NCBI GenBank assembly: GCA_964621005.1
Contig: CAZUIF010000004.1
Span: 69,204 to 133,203, forward strand
Reading direction: 5' to 3'
Length of the DNA stretch: 64,000 nucleotides
From: an uncultured Rikenella sp.
GTDB taxonomy: Bacteria > Bacteroidota > Bacteroidia > Bacteroidales > VadinHA17
Numbering within the stretch: the stretch's first letter is position 1; each line of letters starts with the position of its first letter. Position numbers and translations under genes: made by a program. The notes beneath the pieces are model-generated. The model worked only from the letters and a program-made list of their open reading frames with translations. It had not been told where the DNA came from and did not search any database. Of the stretch, positions 8,910 through 17,172 are shown in pieces.

Positions 8910-9374
8910 ATGTATCACACTGGTAACTTGGTGAAGGAGCTGGCGGATAAGCATGGCCGCAACAGGGAGAGTCTTATGCCCATCCTTCAGGATATTGTGA
9001 AGAAGTACAATTACCTTACTGATGAATCAATGGTGGAGGTTGCCACTGAGCTTGACATCTCAGCTGCAGAGGTATACGGCACTGCATCATTCTACACTTT
9101 TCTTGACACGGAGGAGAGGGGCAGGAATGTGATCAGGGTCTGCAAGACAATTACCTGTTCGATGAAAGGCAAGAATGATATCATCAGCACCATTGAGGAT
9201 ATCCTGAAGATCAGGGTTGGCGAGACTACCCCGGACAAGATGTTCACGCTGCTTGAGACCAACTGTATAGGATGGTGTCACAAGGCTCCCGCAATTCTGA
9301 TCAATGACATGCCTTATACTGATCTTACGCCGGAGACAGTTATTGATGTGATTAAAGGTTATATGCGCAAATAA
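8910..9374 (+). CDS. NuoE-like [2Fe-2S] thioredoxin-fold subunit of an NAD(P)H-linked hydrogenase
   Basis: 154 aa with a NuoE/HydC-type Cys pattern (CKTITC...CIGWC). Confidence 0.85.
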   Translation: MYHTGNLVKELADKHGRNRESLMPILQDIVKKYNYLTDESMVEVATELDISAAEVYGTASFYTFLDTEERGRNVIRVCKTITCSMKGKNDIISTIEDILKIRVGETTPDKMFTLLETNCIGWCHKAPAILINDMPYTDLTPETVIDVIKGYMRK

Positions 9375-9389
9375 GAGGGAGGCACTGAA

Positions 9390-10550
9390 ATGAAAAACAA
9401 AGGACTTACAAAGGTTGACCTTATATTCGAAAGCGTTGATGTCAGGAAAGTAATGACCAAGGCCTTCGAGATGACCAGCGAAGAGATTATCCAGGAGATT
9501 CTTGAATCAGGCCTGAAAGGACGTGGCGGCGCCGGTTTTCCTACCGGTCTGAAATGGAAATACACTGCTGCAGAAAAGGATCCGGAGAAATATATCGTCT
9601 GTAATGCTGACGAGGGTGAACCCGGCACATTCAAGGACCGCGAGATACTTGACAAGGTAGCTTCGAAGGTTTACGCCGGGATGGCAATCGCCGGCAAGGC
9701 GATGGGGTCAAAGAAAGGATACATCTACCTCAGGGGTGAGTACAGGTTCCTTCTGCCGCAGCTCTTTGTGGAGCTCCATAAGTTCCACAAAATGATCAAT
9801 GAGATAGGGTATGATTTCAGTATTGAATACCGGATGGGCAGCGGCGCCTACATCTGCGGAGAGGAGAGCGCACTGTTCGAATCGATTGAGGGTTTCCGCG
9901 GTGAACCGCGAAACAAACCTCCCTATCCGACTGTCAGCGGACTTTTTTCGAAGCCAACCTCGATCAACAATGTGGAGACACTTGTCACTGCAATGATGAT
10001 CATCGAAAAGGGTGCACAGGAATATGTAAAGCTTGGAACCCAGGACTCACGCGGGTCAAAGGTCTTCTCTATCTCGGGTGACACTCCGATTCCGGGAATC
10101 TTCGAGCTTGAGCTCGGGATGACGGTGCAGGAGTTCGTCAATGAATTCGGTGACGGTGACACAAAGGCAGTGCAGGTGGGCGGTGCATCCGGCTTCTGCG
10201 TGCCGCGCAAGAAGTTTGCTGAGACAATCATCGGGTTTGAAGGAGTCCCCACAGGAGGTTCCATGAAGCTGTTCAACAGCTCCCGCTCGATGTACAACGT
10301 CCTTCACAACTACCTTGATTTCTTTACCGAGGAATCATGCGGCCAGTGTACCCCGTGCAGGGTCGGTTGCCAGCAGCTTCTCAAGGGTGTTGAGAAGGTG
10401 AAGAAGGGAGAGGCCAAATCAACCTATCTGAATGAACTGGTTAAGCTTGCCGACACCATGAAGGTGGCATCCAAGTGCGGGCTGGGCCAGTCAGTGGGCA
10501 ATGCCTTCAAATCAATAGTCGAGAATTTCAGGGAAGAGATTATTTACTAA
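9390..10550 (+). CDS. NuoF-like flavoprotein subunit (FMN/NAD(P)H-binding, one [4Fe-4S]) of a hydrogenase
   Basis: 386 aa with GLKGRGGAGFPTGLKW, ICNADEGEPGTFKDR, GAGAYICGEESAL and the N3-cluster motif ESCGQCTPCR...C. It has no extra N- or C-terminal Fe-S domains. Confidence 0.88.
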   Translation: MKNKGLTKVDLIFESVDVRKVMTKAFEMTSEEIIQEILESGLKGRGGAGFPTGLKWKYTAAEKDPEKYIVCNADEGEPGTFKDREILDKVASKVYAGMAIAGKAMGSKKGYIYLRGEYRFLLPQLFVELHKFHKMINEIGYDFSIEYRMGSGAYICGEESALFESIEGFRGEPRNKPPYPTVSGLFSKPTSINNVETLVTAMMIIEKGAQEYVKLGTQDSRGSKVFSISGDTPIPGIFELELGMTVQEFVNEFGDGDTKAVQVGGASGFCVPRKKFAETIIGFEGVPTGGSMKLFNSSRSMYNVLHNYLDFFTEESCGQCTPCRVGCQQLLKGVEKVKKGEAKSTYLNELVKLADTMKVASKCGLGQSVGNAFKSIVENFREEIIY

Positions 10551-10566
10551 AACAGCATAGAACAAA

Positions 10567-12348
10567 ATGGTTACTCTAAAGATAAATGATCAGGAAGTAC
10601 AGGTTGAGGAAGGAACAACAGTCCTCGAAGCCGCAAAAAAGCTGGGTGTAAACATCCCGACTCTCTGCAACCACCCGGATCTTTGCGTGGCCGGTAACTG
10701 CCGCGTATGCGTGGTGGAACAGAAGGGTGCCCGCACCCTGATAGCCGCCTGCGCGATGCCTGCCTCGGAAGGAATGGATATTCACACCAACTCACTCAAG
10801 GTAAGGAACGCACGCAAGCATATCGTCGAACTGCTTCTTTCAGAGCACAGGGCAGACTGCACCAAGTGTTACAAGAACCAGAAGTGCGAGCTTCAGACCC
10901 TTGCAAACGAGTATTCGTTCGGTGAGCATATTTTCCTTGACCTGGTTGAAGGTCACGCATATAATATTGACAGGTCGTCACCCTCATTCCTCAAGGATGA
11001 CAGCAAGTGCATCAGGTGCCAGCGCTGTGTCCGCACATGCGCCCAGTTGCAGCATGTTTCTGCAATTGCAGTTGCGAACAAGGGTGCCCACATGAAGATC
11101 TCCTCATTCCATGACAGGCCGATGAGCCACGTCGTCTGCACCAACTGCGGACAGTGCGTCAACCGCTGTCCGACGGGAGCACTTACCGAGAAAACCTACA
11201 TTGATCAGGTTTGGGATGCAATCTATGATACTGACAAGCACGTGGTTGTGCAGACCGCCCCGGCAGTCAGGGTGGCCCTGGGCGAAGACCTTGGATATGA
11301 TCCGGGTGAGAGGGTTACAGGCAAGATGGTCACTGCACTGCGCCAACTTGGGTTTGATTCTGTACTTGACACTGATTTCACTGCTGACCTTACAATCATC
11401 GAAGAAGGTACCGAGCTGCTTACCAGGCTGAAGAAGGTACTTGTAGAGAATGACAAGAACACGGCGCTGCCGATGTTCACCTCGTGCTCTCCAGGATGGA
11501 TCAAGTTCATCGAGCACAAGTACCCGCACATGCTCCCCAACCTGTCAACATGCAAATCACCCCAGCAGATGTTCGGAGCATTGGCAAAGACATTCTATGC
11601 CCAGAAGAGGAATATAGATCCTGCCAAGGTTGTGTCAGTGTCAATAATGCCCTGCACGGCCAAGAAGTATGAGGCTGACAGGCCGGAGATGAGGTCAAGC
11701 GGTTACAAGGACATAGACTTTGTTCTTACCACGCGCGAACTTGCAGTGATGATCAAGCAGGCAGGTATTGACTTCCGCACTTTGGAACCCTCAAATTATG
11801 ATTCAGTCATGGGTACATCCACAGGTGCCGCAGTCATTTTCGGTGCCACCGGAGGTGTGATGGAGGCAGCACTGCGTACTGCCTATGAGATTGTTACCGG
11901 CAGACCGGTTCCTTTCACAAACCTGAACATAACCCCTGTCCGCGGTATGGAAGGGGTAAAGGAAGCCACGGTAAAGATTGAAGGAACAACAGAGGAATGG
12001 CGTTTCCTTGAAGGTGCCGAGCTGAAGGTTGCAATTGCACACGGTCTTGTCAATGCAAACAAGGTTGCGAAGGCGGTGAGCACAGGCAAGGCTTCATATC
12101 ACTTCATTGAGATCATGGCCTGCCCGGGCGGATGTATCGGCGGCGGCGGACAGCCCATCCCGACCAATGCGGCAGTACGTCAGAAACGTATGGAGGCAAT
12201 ATATTCCGAGGATATGCATATGGACCTGAGGAAATCACACGATAATCCCGAGGTGGTTGCAATCTACCAGGAGTTCCTCGAGAAGCCCAACGGCCATAAG
12301 TCGCATGAACTACTCCATACCCATTACACTGAAAGGGAGTCTTATTAA
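10567..12348 (+). CDS. hydA: [FeFe]-hydrogenase catalytic subunit with a CpI-like M3 domain layout
   Basis: 593 aa. The layout is an N-terminal 2Fe-2S ferredoxin domain, a His-ligated cluster region, two 4Fe-4S motifs (CIRCQRCVRTC, CTNCGQCVNRCP), then the H-cluster domain. The H-domain carries MPCTAKKYE and EIMACPGGCIGGGGQP. The first H-cluster motif reads TSCSPGW instead of TSCCPxW (see findings). Confidence 0.92.
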   Translation: MVTLKINDQEVQVEEGTTVLEAAKKLGVNIPTLCNHPDLCVAGNCRVCVVEQKGARTLIAACAMPASEGMDIHTNSLKVRNARKHIVELLLSEHRADCTKCYKNQKCELQTLANEYSFGEHIFLDLVEGHAYNIDRSSPSFLKDDSKCIRCQRCVRTCAQLQHVSAIAVANKGAHMKISSFHDRPMSHVVCTNCGQCVNRCPTGALTEKTYIDQVWDAIYDTDKHVVVQTAPAVRVALGEDLGYDPGERVTGKMVTALRQLGFDSVLDTDFTADLTIIEEGTELLTRLKKVLVENDKNTALPMFTSCSPGWIKFIEHKYPHMLPNLSTCKSPQQMFGALAKTFYAQKRNIDPAKVVSVSIMPCTAKKYEADRPEMRSSGYKDIDFVLTTRELAVMIKQAGIDFRTLEPSNYDSVMGTSTGAAVIFGATGGVMEAALRTAYEIVTGRPVPFTNLNITPVRGMEGVKEATVKIEGTTEEWRFLEGAELKVAIAHGLVNANKVAKAVSTGKASYHFIEIMACPGGCIGGGGQPIPTNAAVRQKRMEAIYSEDMHMDLRKSHDNPEVVAIYQEFLEKPNGHKSHELLHTHYTERESY

Positions 12349-12370
12349 TTAATTTACAGATAATTGCCTT

Positions 12371-12407
12371 GCGGGGACACTGGATTTCAGGGTCCCCGCT
12401 TTTTTTA
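12371..12407 (+). terminator. Rho-independent terminator after hydA
   Basis: The GCGGGGAC...GTCCCCGC 8-bp GC-rich stem is followed by TTTTTTT, 23 nt after the stop codon. Confidence 0.7.
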
Positions 12408-12549
12408 TCACTGCCTTCATGGCCGGGCCACTCCGCCGGAGTAAATAAAGCAGTTTGTTTTTCTGTTTTTCAACAGAAAAGTTGGCTGCTATGCAGTTTT
12501 TTGCCATTTTTAGAAAATCTGGCAGATCATTGCTGAAAACGGAAAAAAT

Positions 12550-13914
12550 ATGAGTGGTTTTGATTTTTCAAAAAGGGATTCTTTTGGAAGCAGGCTGGGA
12601 GTTATAGCTGCAGCAGCCGGATCGGCCGTAGGCCTGGGAAACATCTGGAGGTTTCCATATATTCTTGGTGAGAACGGGGGAGGTGCTTTCCTGCTTGTAT
12701 ATCTCATCATCGTTTTCGCCATTGGCATTCCGGTGATGATGTCCGAGCTTGTGATAGGAAGAAGGACGGAGCGAAACCCGGTTGGTGCCTTCAGGATGCT
12801 TTCATCGCGCAGGCCATGGTATCTTGTCGGTATGATGGGGATCGTTGCAGCATTCATGATACTTGCCTTTTACACTGCCGTTGCCGGCTGGACCCTGGAG
12901 TACATATACCAGATTCTCATCGGCGGCATAAAAGGGAGGTCATCCGCCGAACTTACTGTTATGTTTGATGCATTCAGGTCTGAGTCACTGAGACCTGCTC
13001 TGTGGTTCTCGGTCTTTCTCCTGGCAACAGCGGGCATAGTGCTTGGGGGAGTGCGGAAAGGAATTGAAAAATCTACGAAGGTGCTGATGCCCCTGCTCTT
13101 AATCCTGCTTCTTTTCATGTGCATCAAGGCTCTTACACTACCCGGTGCAGGAAAGGGTGTTGAGTTTCTCTTCAGGCCTGATTTCTCCAAGATCACAGGC
13201 ACCACGGTGCTTATGGCTCTCGGGCAGGCATTCTTTTCCCTGAGCATAGGTATGGGTACACTTATTACATATGGTTCCTATATTCCGAAGGATAACAAGC
13301 TGGCCAGCACGGCGGTGCAGGTATCCATGATAGATCTTATGATCGCTGTTCTTGCAGGCCTGGCAATATTTCCTGCGGTCTTTGCATTTGGTATCTCCCC
13401 TTCATCAGGAGAGGCACTGACATTCATTGTCCTGCCGGGGATATTCCAGCAGATGACCGGAGGGATGATCTTTGCATTTTCATTCTTTTTCCTGCTGGCT
13501 ATCGCTGCGCTTACCTCCACTATATCAGTGATGGAAGTTATAGTGGCATATTTTTCAGAACAGCTGAACCTGAGCAGGCGAACCGCAGTAATCATTGCAA
13601 CTGCCTCCATGTTCATACTTGGTATATCGGCATCTCTGTCATGGGGTATCATGAGGGATGTGAAGCTTTTCAACCTGAATATCTTTGACCTGTTCAATTA
13701 CACTACCGCAAACATACTTCTGCCTGTTGGCGGGCTTCTGATAGTTGCCTTCCTGGGATGGTTCTTTCCGGGCCACTCAGTCAGGGACGAGCTCTCCAAC
13801 GGCGGCACGCTCCCGGTGAGGTATTACTCACTTTACAGGTTCATCATAAGGTTTATCGCCCCTGTGGCAATAGCCCTTGTCTTTCTGAACGGGCTTGGTT
13901 TTCTTAAATTCTGA
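12550..13914 (+). CDS. Neurotransmitter:sodium symporter (NSS/SNF) family transporter, copy 1
   Basis: 454 aa with the NSS N-terminal signature GSRLG.IAAAAGSAVGLGNIWRFPY and about 11-12 hydrophobic segments. Confidence 0.9.
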   Translation: MSGFDFSKRDSFGSRLGVIAAAAGSAVGLGNIWRFPYILGENGGGAFLLVYLIIVFAIGIPVMMSELVIGRRTERNPVGAFRMLSSRRPWYLVGMMGIVAAFMILAFYTAVAGWTLEYIYQILIGGIKGRSSAELTVMFDAFRSESLRPALWFSVFLLATAGIVLGGVRKGIEKSTKVLMPLLLILLLFMCIKALTLPGAGKGVEFLFRPDFSKITGTTVLMALGQAFFSLSIGMGTLITYGSYIPKDNKLASTAVQVSMIDLMIAVLAGLAIFPAVFAFGISPSSGEALTFIVLPGIFQQMTGGMIFAFSFFFLLAIAALTSTISVMEVIVAYFSEQLNLSRRTAVIIATASMFILGISASLSWGIMRDVKLFNLNIFDLFNYTTANILLPVGGLLIVAFLGWFFPGHSVRDELSNGGTLPVRYYSLYRFIIRFIAPVAIALVFLNGLGFLKF

Positions 13915-13931
13915 ACACAAAAGAGTACGGC

Positions 13932-15674
13932 ATGCACGGATTAAACGATTTTCTTGTAAAGCTTGACGGATACCTTGGAGGTCATCCCTGGTTCATGGTG
14001 CTTCTGATCGGTACCGGTCTCTTCTTTACAATCTATCTTGGCTTTCCCCAGCTGAGGTACTTCCGCCATGCAATAAGGATTACCCGGGGAAAATATGATC
14101 ATTCCCATGACGTCGGTGATACGTCTCATTTTCAATCGCTTGCTACGGCCCTTTCGGGAACGGTGGGAACCGGCAACATAGCCGGTGTGGCTCTTGCAAT
14201 TCACCTGGGCGGCCCGGCCGCCCTGTTCTGGATGCTTGTGACTGCGGCCATAGGGATGTGCACGAAGATGGTTGAGGTTTCAATCTCGCACAAATACAGG
14301 GATATTCTGCCTGACGGTTCGGTCTCGGGCGGGCCGATGTACTACATGAAGAAACGGCTCAACATCAAAACCCGCAGCGGGAAGGTCATCAAAACGGGTG
14401 TTGTGCTGGGTGCTTTTTTTGCCGGGGCTACCATACTGAGCTCCTTCGGTACAGGAAGCCTTCCCCAGATAAACAGCATCTCAAACTCTGTGTTTGCCTC
14501 ATTCGGCCTTAAGCATATCATCACGGGAGCGGTCCTGGCCGTGCTCCTGGCCCTGGTTATAATCGGCGGAATAAAAAGGATTGCAAAGGTCACCTCTGTT
14601 CTTGTGCCGTTCATGGCCATGCTTTACCTTACAGGAGCCCTGCTGGTAATCTTTTCGCATCCCGGAAACATAATACCATCATTCATCTCAATTTTTGCCG
14701 ATGCATTTACCGGGCCTGCTGCCGCAGGCGGCTTCCTTGGCGCCTCATTTGCATTTGCCATGAACAGGGGAGTCAACAGGGGCCTTTTTTCGAATGAGTC
14801 AGGGCAGGGTTCAGCGCCTATAGCCCACTCAGCCGCCCGTGCCCCGGAGCCGGTCTCGGAAGGGATGGTGGCGCTGCTTGAGCCCTTTATTGATACAATC
14901 TGCATCTGCACCCTGACCGGTCTCGTGCTGCTGGCTTCGGGAGCGTGGAATACAAAGACCGAGAACCAGTTCCAGCCAACTGACGTACAGGTGCTTTCCG
15001 GTGTCTATGACGATGCCGTAAGGACGGATGTTGAGAAACTGGGCAGGCACCTGAGCGGCAAGGAATTTCTTGACCTGTTCACCGGAAAGCTCAGGATTGA
15101 GAACGGGGAGATAGCTACGGCAGGAGTGTCAATCATACACGCAAGGTCACTCGCTGATAATGTAAGGTTTATTTCAGGCAGGGACCCGTTCAACGGAGAC
15201 CTGGATGTTGTTGCCGGAAAAATTGCCCCGGTCTCAAACCTGACTGTCCGCGGAGAATCCCTGATACACAGCGCACCCCTCACAACTTTTGCCTTCAGCC
15301 GCAGCATACTAAAGGGTTTCGGATCATATATAGTCACCTTCTCCCTGTTACTCTTTGCATTTTCCACAGCCATTTCATGGTCGTACTACGGTGACAGAGC
15401 GACAACATATCTCTTTGGACAGAAGTATGTTATTGTCTACAGGCTTGTTTATGTCACTGCCTTTTTCGTGGCTTCATTCACGGATACCACTATCATATGG
15501 TCACTTTCATACGTTGCAATTGTACTGATGGCAGTTCCCAACCTTGTTGGCATATTCCTTCTCAGGCGTGAGGTGAAGGATTCGGTCCGTGATTACTGGC
15601 AGACCTTCTCGAAACAATATCCCGGTGAAAAGATCTCAGTGAAGATGGCAAAACGGTTTGGGTTCAATCAATAG
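13932..15674 (+). CDS. Alanine/glycine:cation symporter (AGCS) family transporter, copy 1
   Basis: 580 aa with the AGCS signature FQSLATALSGTVGTGNIAGVA and GLFSNESGQGSAPIAHSAA. It starts 17 nt after the NSS gene. Confidence 0.9.
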   Translation: MHGLNDFLVKLDGYLGGHPWFMVLLIGTGLFFTIYLGFPQLRYFRHAIRITRGKYDHSHDVGDTSHFQSLATALSGTVGTGNIAGVALAIHLGGPAALFWMLVTAAIGMCTKMVEVSISHKYRDILPDGSVSGGPMYYMKKRLNIKTRSGKVIKTGVVLGAFFAGATILSSFGTGSLPQINSISNSVFASFGLKHIITGAVLAVLLALVIIGGIKRIAKVTSVLVPFMAMLYLTGALLVIFSHPGNIIPSFISIFADAFTGPAAAGGFLGASFAFAMNRGVNRGLFSNESGQGSAPIAHSAARAPEPVSEGMVALLEPFIDTICICTLTGLVLLASGAWNTKTENQFQPTDVQVLSGVYDDAVRTDVEKLGRHLSGKEFLDLFTGKLRIENGEIATAGVSIIHARSLADNVRFISGRDPFNGDLDVVAGKIAPVSNLTVRGESLIHSAPLTTFAFSRSILKGFGSYIVTFSLLLFAFSTAISWSYYGDRATTYLFGQKYVIVYRLVYVTAFFVASFTDTTIIWSLSYVAIVLMAVPNLVGIFLLRREVKDSVRDYWQTFSKQYPGEKISVKMAKRFGFNQ

Positions 15675-15788
15675 GCTGGAAATCAGCGAATAAGCCTTCA
15701 TAATATTTTTTTACCGCTCTGATACAAGGGATTGAGTTTTTATTCACCTTTGATTTCCTTTAATTCTTAAGTTATCATTGTCTGAAAG

Positions 15789-17153
15789 ATGAGCGGTTTC
15801 GACTTTTCAAAGAGGGACTCATTCGGCAGCAGGCTGGGGGTAGTTGCTGCGGCGGCCGGTTCGGCCGTAGGTCTCGGTAATATCTGGAGATTTCCTTACA
15901 TACTTGGTGAGAACGGAGGCGGGGCCTTCCTGGTAATTTACCTGGCGATAATGTTCGCCATCGGTATTCCGGTGATGATGTCTGAGCTTGTCATAGGCAG
16001 GCGTTCACAGCGCAATCCGGTAGGAGCCTTCAGGGTACTATCGCCCGGGAAACCATGGTACCTGGTTGGTATGATGGGTATCATTTCCGCCTTCATGATA
16101 CTTGCATTTTACACTGCCGTGTCAGGATGGACCCTTGAATATCTCTACCAGACCGTAATAGGGGGATTCAGGGGAAAGAGTTCCGCGGAGCTGACCGCGA
16201 TGTTTGAATCCTTCAGAAGTGATTCTCTCCGTCCGGCACTCTGGTTCTCAGTCTTCATACTGGCAACATCGGGCATTGTCATGGGTGGTGTAAGAAAAGG
16301 TATAGAGAAGTCAACCAAGATCATGATGCCGCTCCTTTTTGTCCTCCTGATCATAATGTGCGTCAAGTCACTGACACTGCCCGGAGCCGGAAAAGGTATG
16401 GAGTTCCTTTTCAGGCCTGATTTTTCCAAGATAACCGGAACGACTGTGCTGATGGCACTGGGCCAGGTCTTCTTTTCCCTTAGTATTGGAATGGGTACAA
16501 TTATCACGTATGGTTCATATATCCAAAAGGACAATAACCTGGCGGGCACATCGGTACAGGTGTCGCTTATTGACACCATTGTGGCTGTTCTTGCAGGGGT
16601 AGCGATATTTCCGGCTGTATTTGCGTTTGGAATTTCTCCGGAATCAGGTGAATCGCTCACTTTTATTGTACTTCCCGGAATCTTTCAGCAGATGCCGGGA
16701 GGGATGGTATTTGCCTTTATGTTCTTCCTGCTGCTTGCACTTGCTGCCCTCACCTCCACAATCTCGGTGCTTGAGGTCATTGTGGCATATTTCTCCGAGC
16801 AGTTGGGGCTGAATCGCAGGATGGCCATTATCCTTGCGACAATTTCAATGTTCGTTCTTGGCATCACTGCGTCACTTTCCATGGGGCTGACGAGCGGGAT
16901 CAGGCTTTTCGGGCTGAATACATTCGATCTGTTCAATACCACAACTGCCAATATACTTCTGCCTCTTGGCGGACTGCTTATCGTGATCTTCCTAGGATGG
17001 TTCTTCCCGGGTAAGGATGTCAGGGATGAGCTTTCCAACGGAGGAACCCTGAAGGTAAGGTACTATTCGCTCTTCAGGTTCATTATAAGGTTTGTAGCGC
17101 CTATTGCGATCACAATTGTTTTTCTGAACGGAATAGGACTCCTTAAGATATAA
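15789..17153 (+). CDS. NSS/SNF family transporter, copy 2
   Basis: 454 aa, the same length as copy 1 and collinear with it. By eye it is roughly four-fifths identical to copy 1. Confidence 0.9.
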   Translation: MSGFDFSKRDSFGSRLGVVAAAAGSAVGLGNIWRFPYILGENGGGAFLVIYLAIMFAIGIPVMMSELVIGRRSQRNPVGAFRVLSPGKPWYLVGMMGIISAFMILAFYTAVSGWTLEYLYQTVIGGFRGKSSAELTAMFESFRSDSLRPALWFSVFILATSGIVMGGVRKGIEKSTKIMMPLLFVLLIIMCVKSLTLPGAGKGMEFLFRPDFSKITGTTVLMALGQVFFSLSIGMGTIITYGSYIQKDNNLAGTSVQVSLIDTIVAVLAGVAIFPAVFAFGISPESGESLTFIVLPGIFQQMPGGMVFAFMFFLLLALAALTSTISVLEVIVAYFSEQLGLNRRMAIILATISMFVLGITASLSMGLTSGIRLFGLNTFDLFNTTTANILLPLGGLLIVIFLGWFFPGKDVRDELSNGGTLKVRYYSLFRFIIRFVAPIAITIVFLNGIGLLKI

Positions 17154-17172
17154 CCCCGACACCTGACCGAAA

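Noticed and set aside
12408-12549. A glycine or other amino-acid riboswitch upstream of the NSS/AGCS modules. The region 15675-15788 was also checked.
   Set aside because: I found no GGAGAG...ACCGAAGG-type glycine aptamer core or other recognisable riboswitch core. I saw only a short hairpin (TTTTCTGTT/AACAGAAAA) and AT-rich promoter-like sequence. The two upstream regions share no obvious motif.
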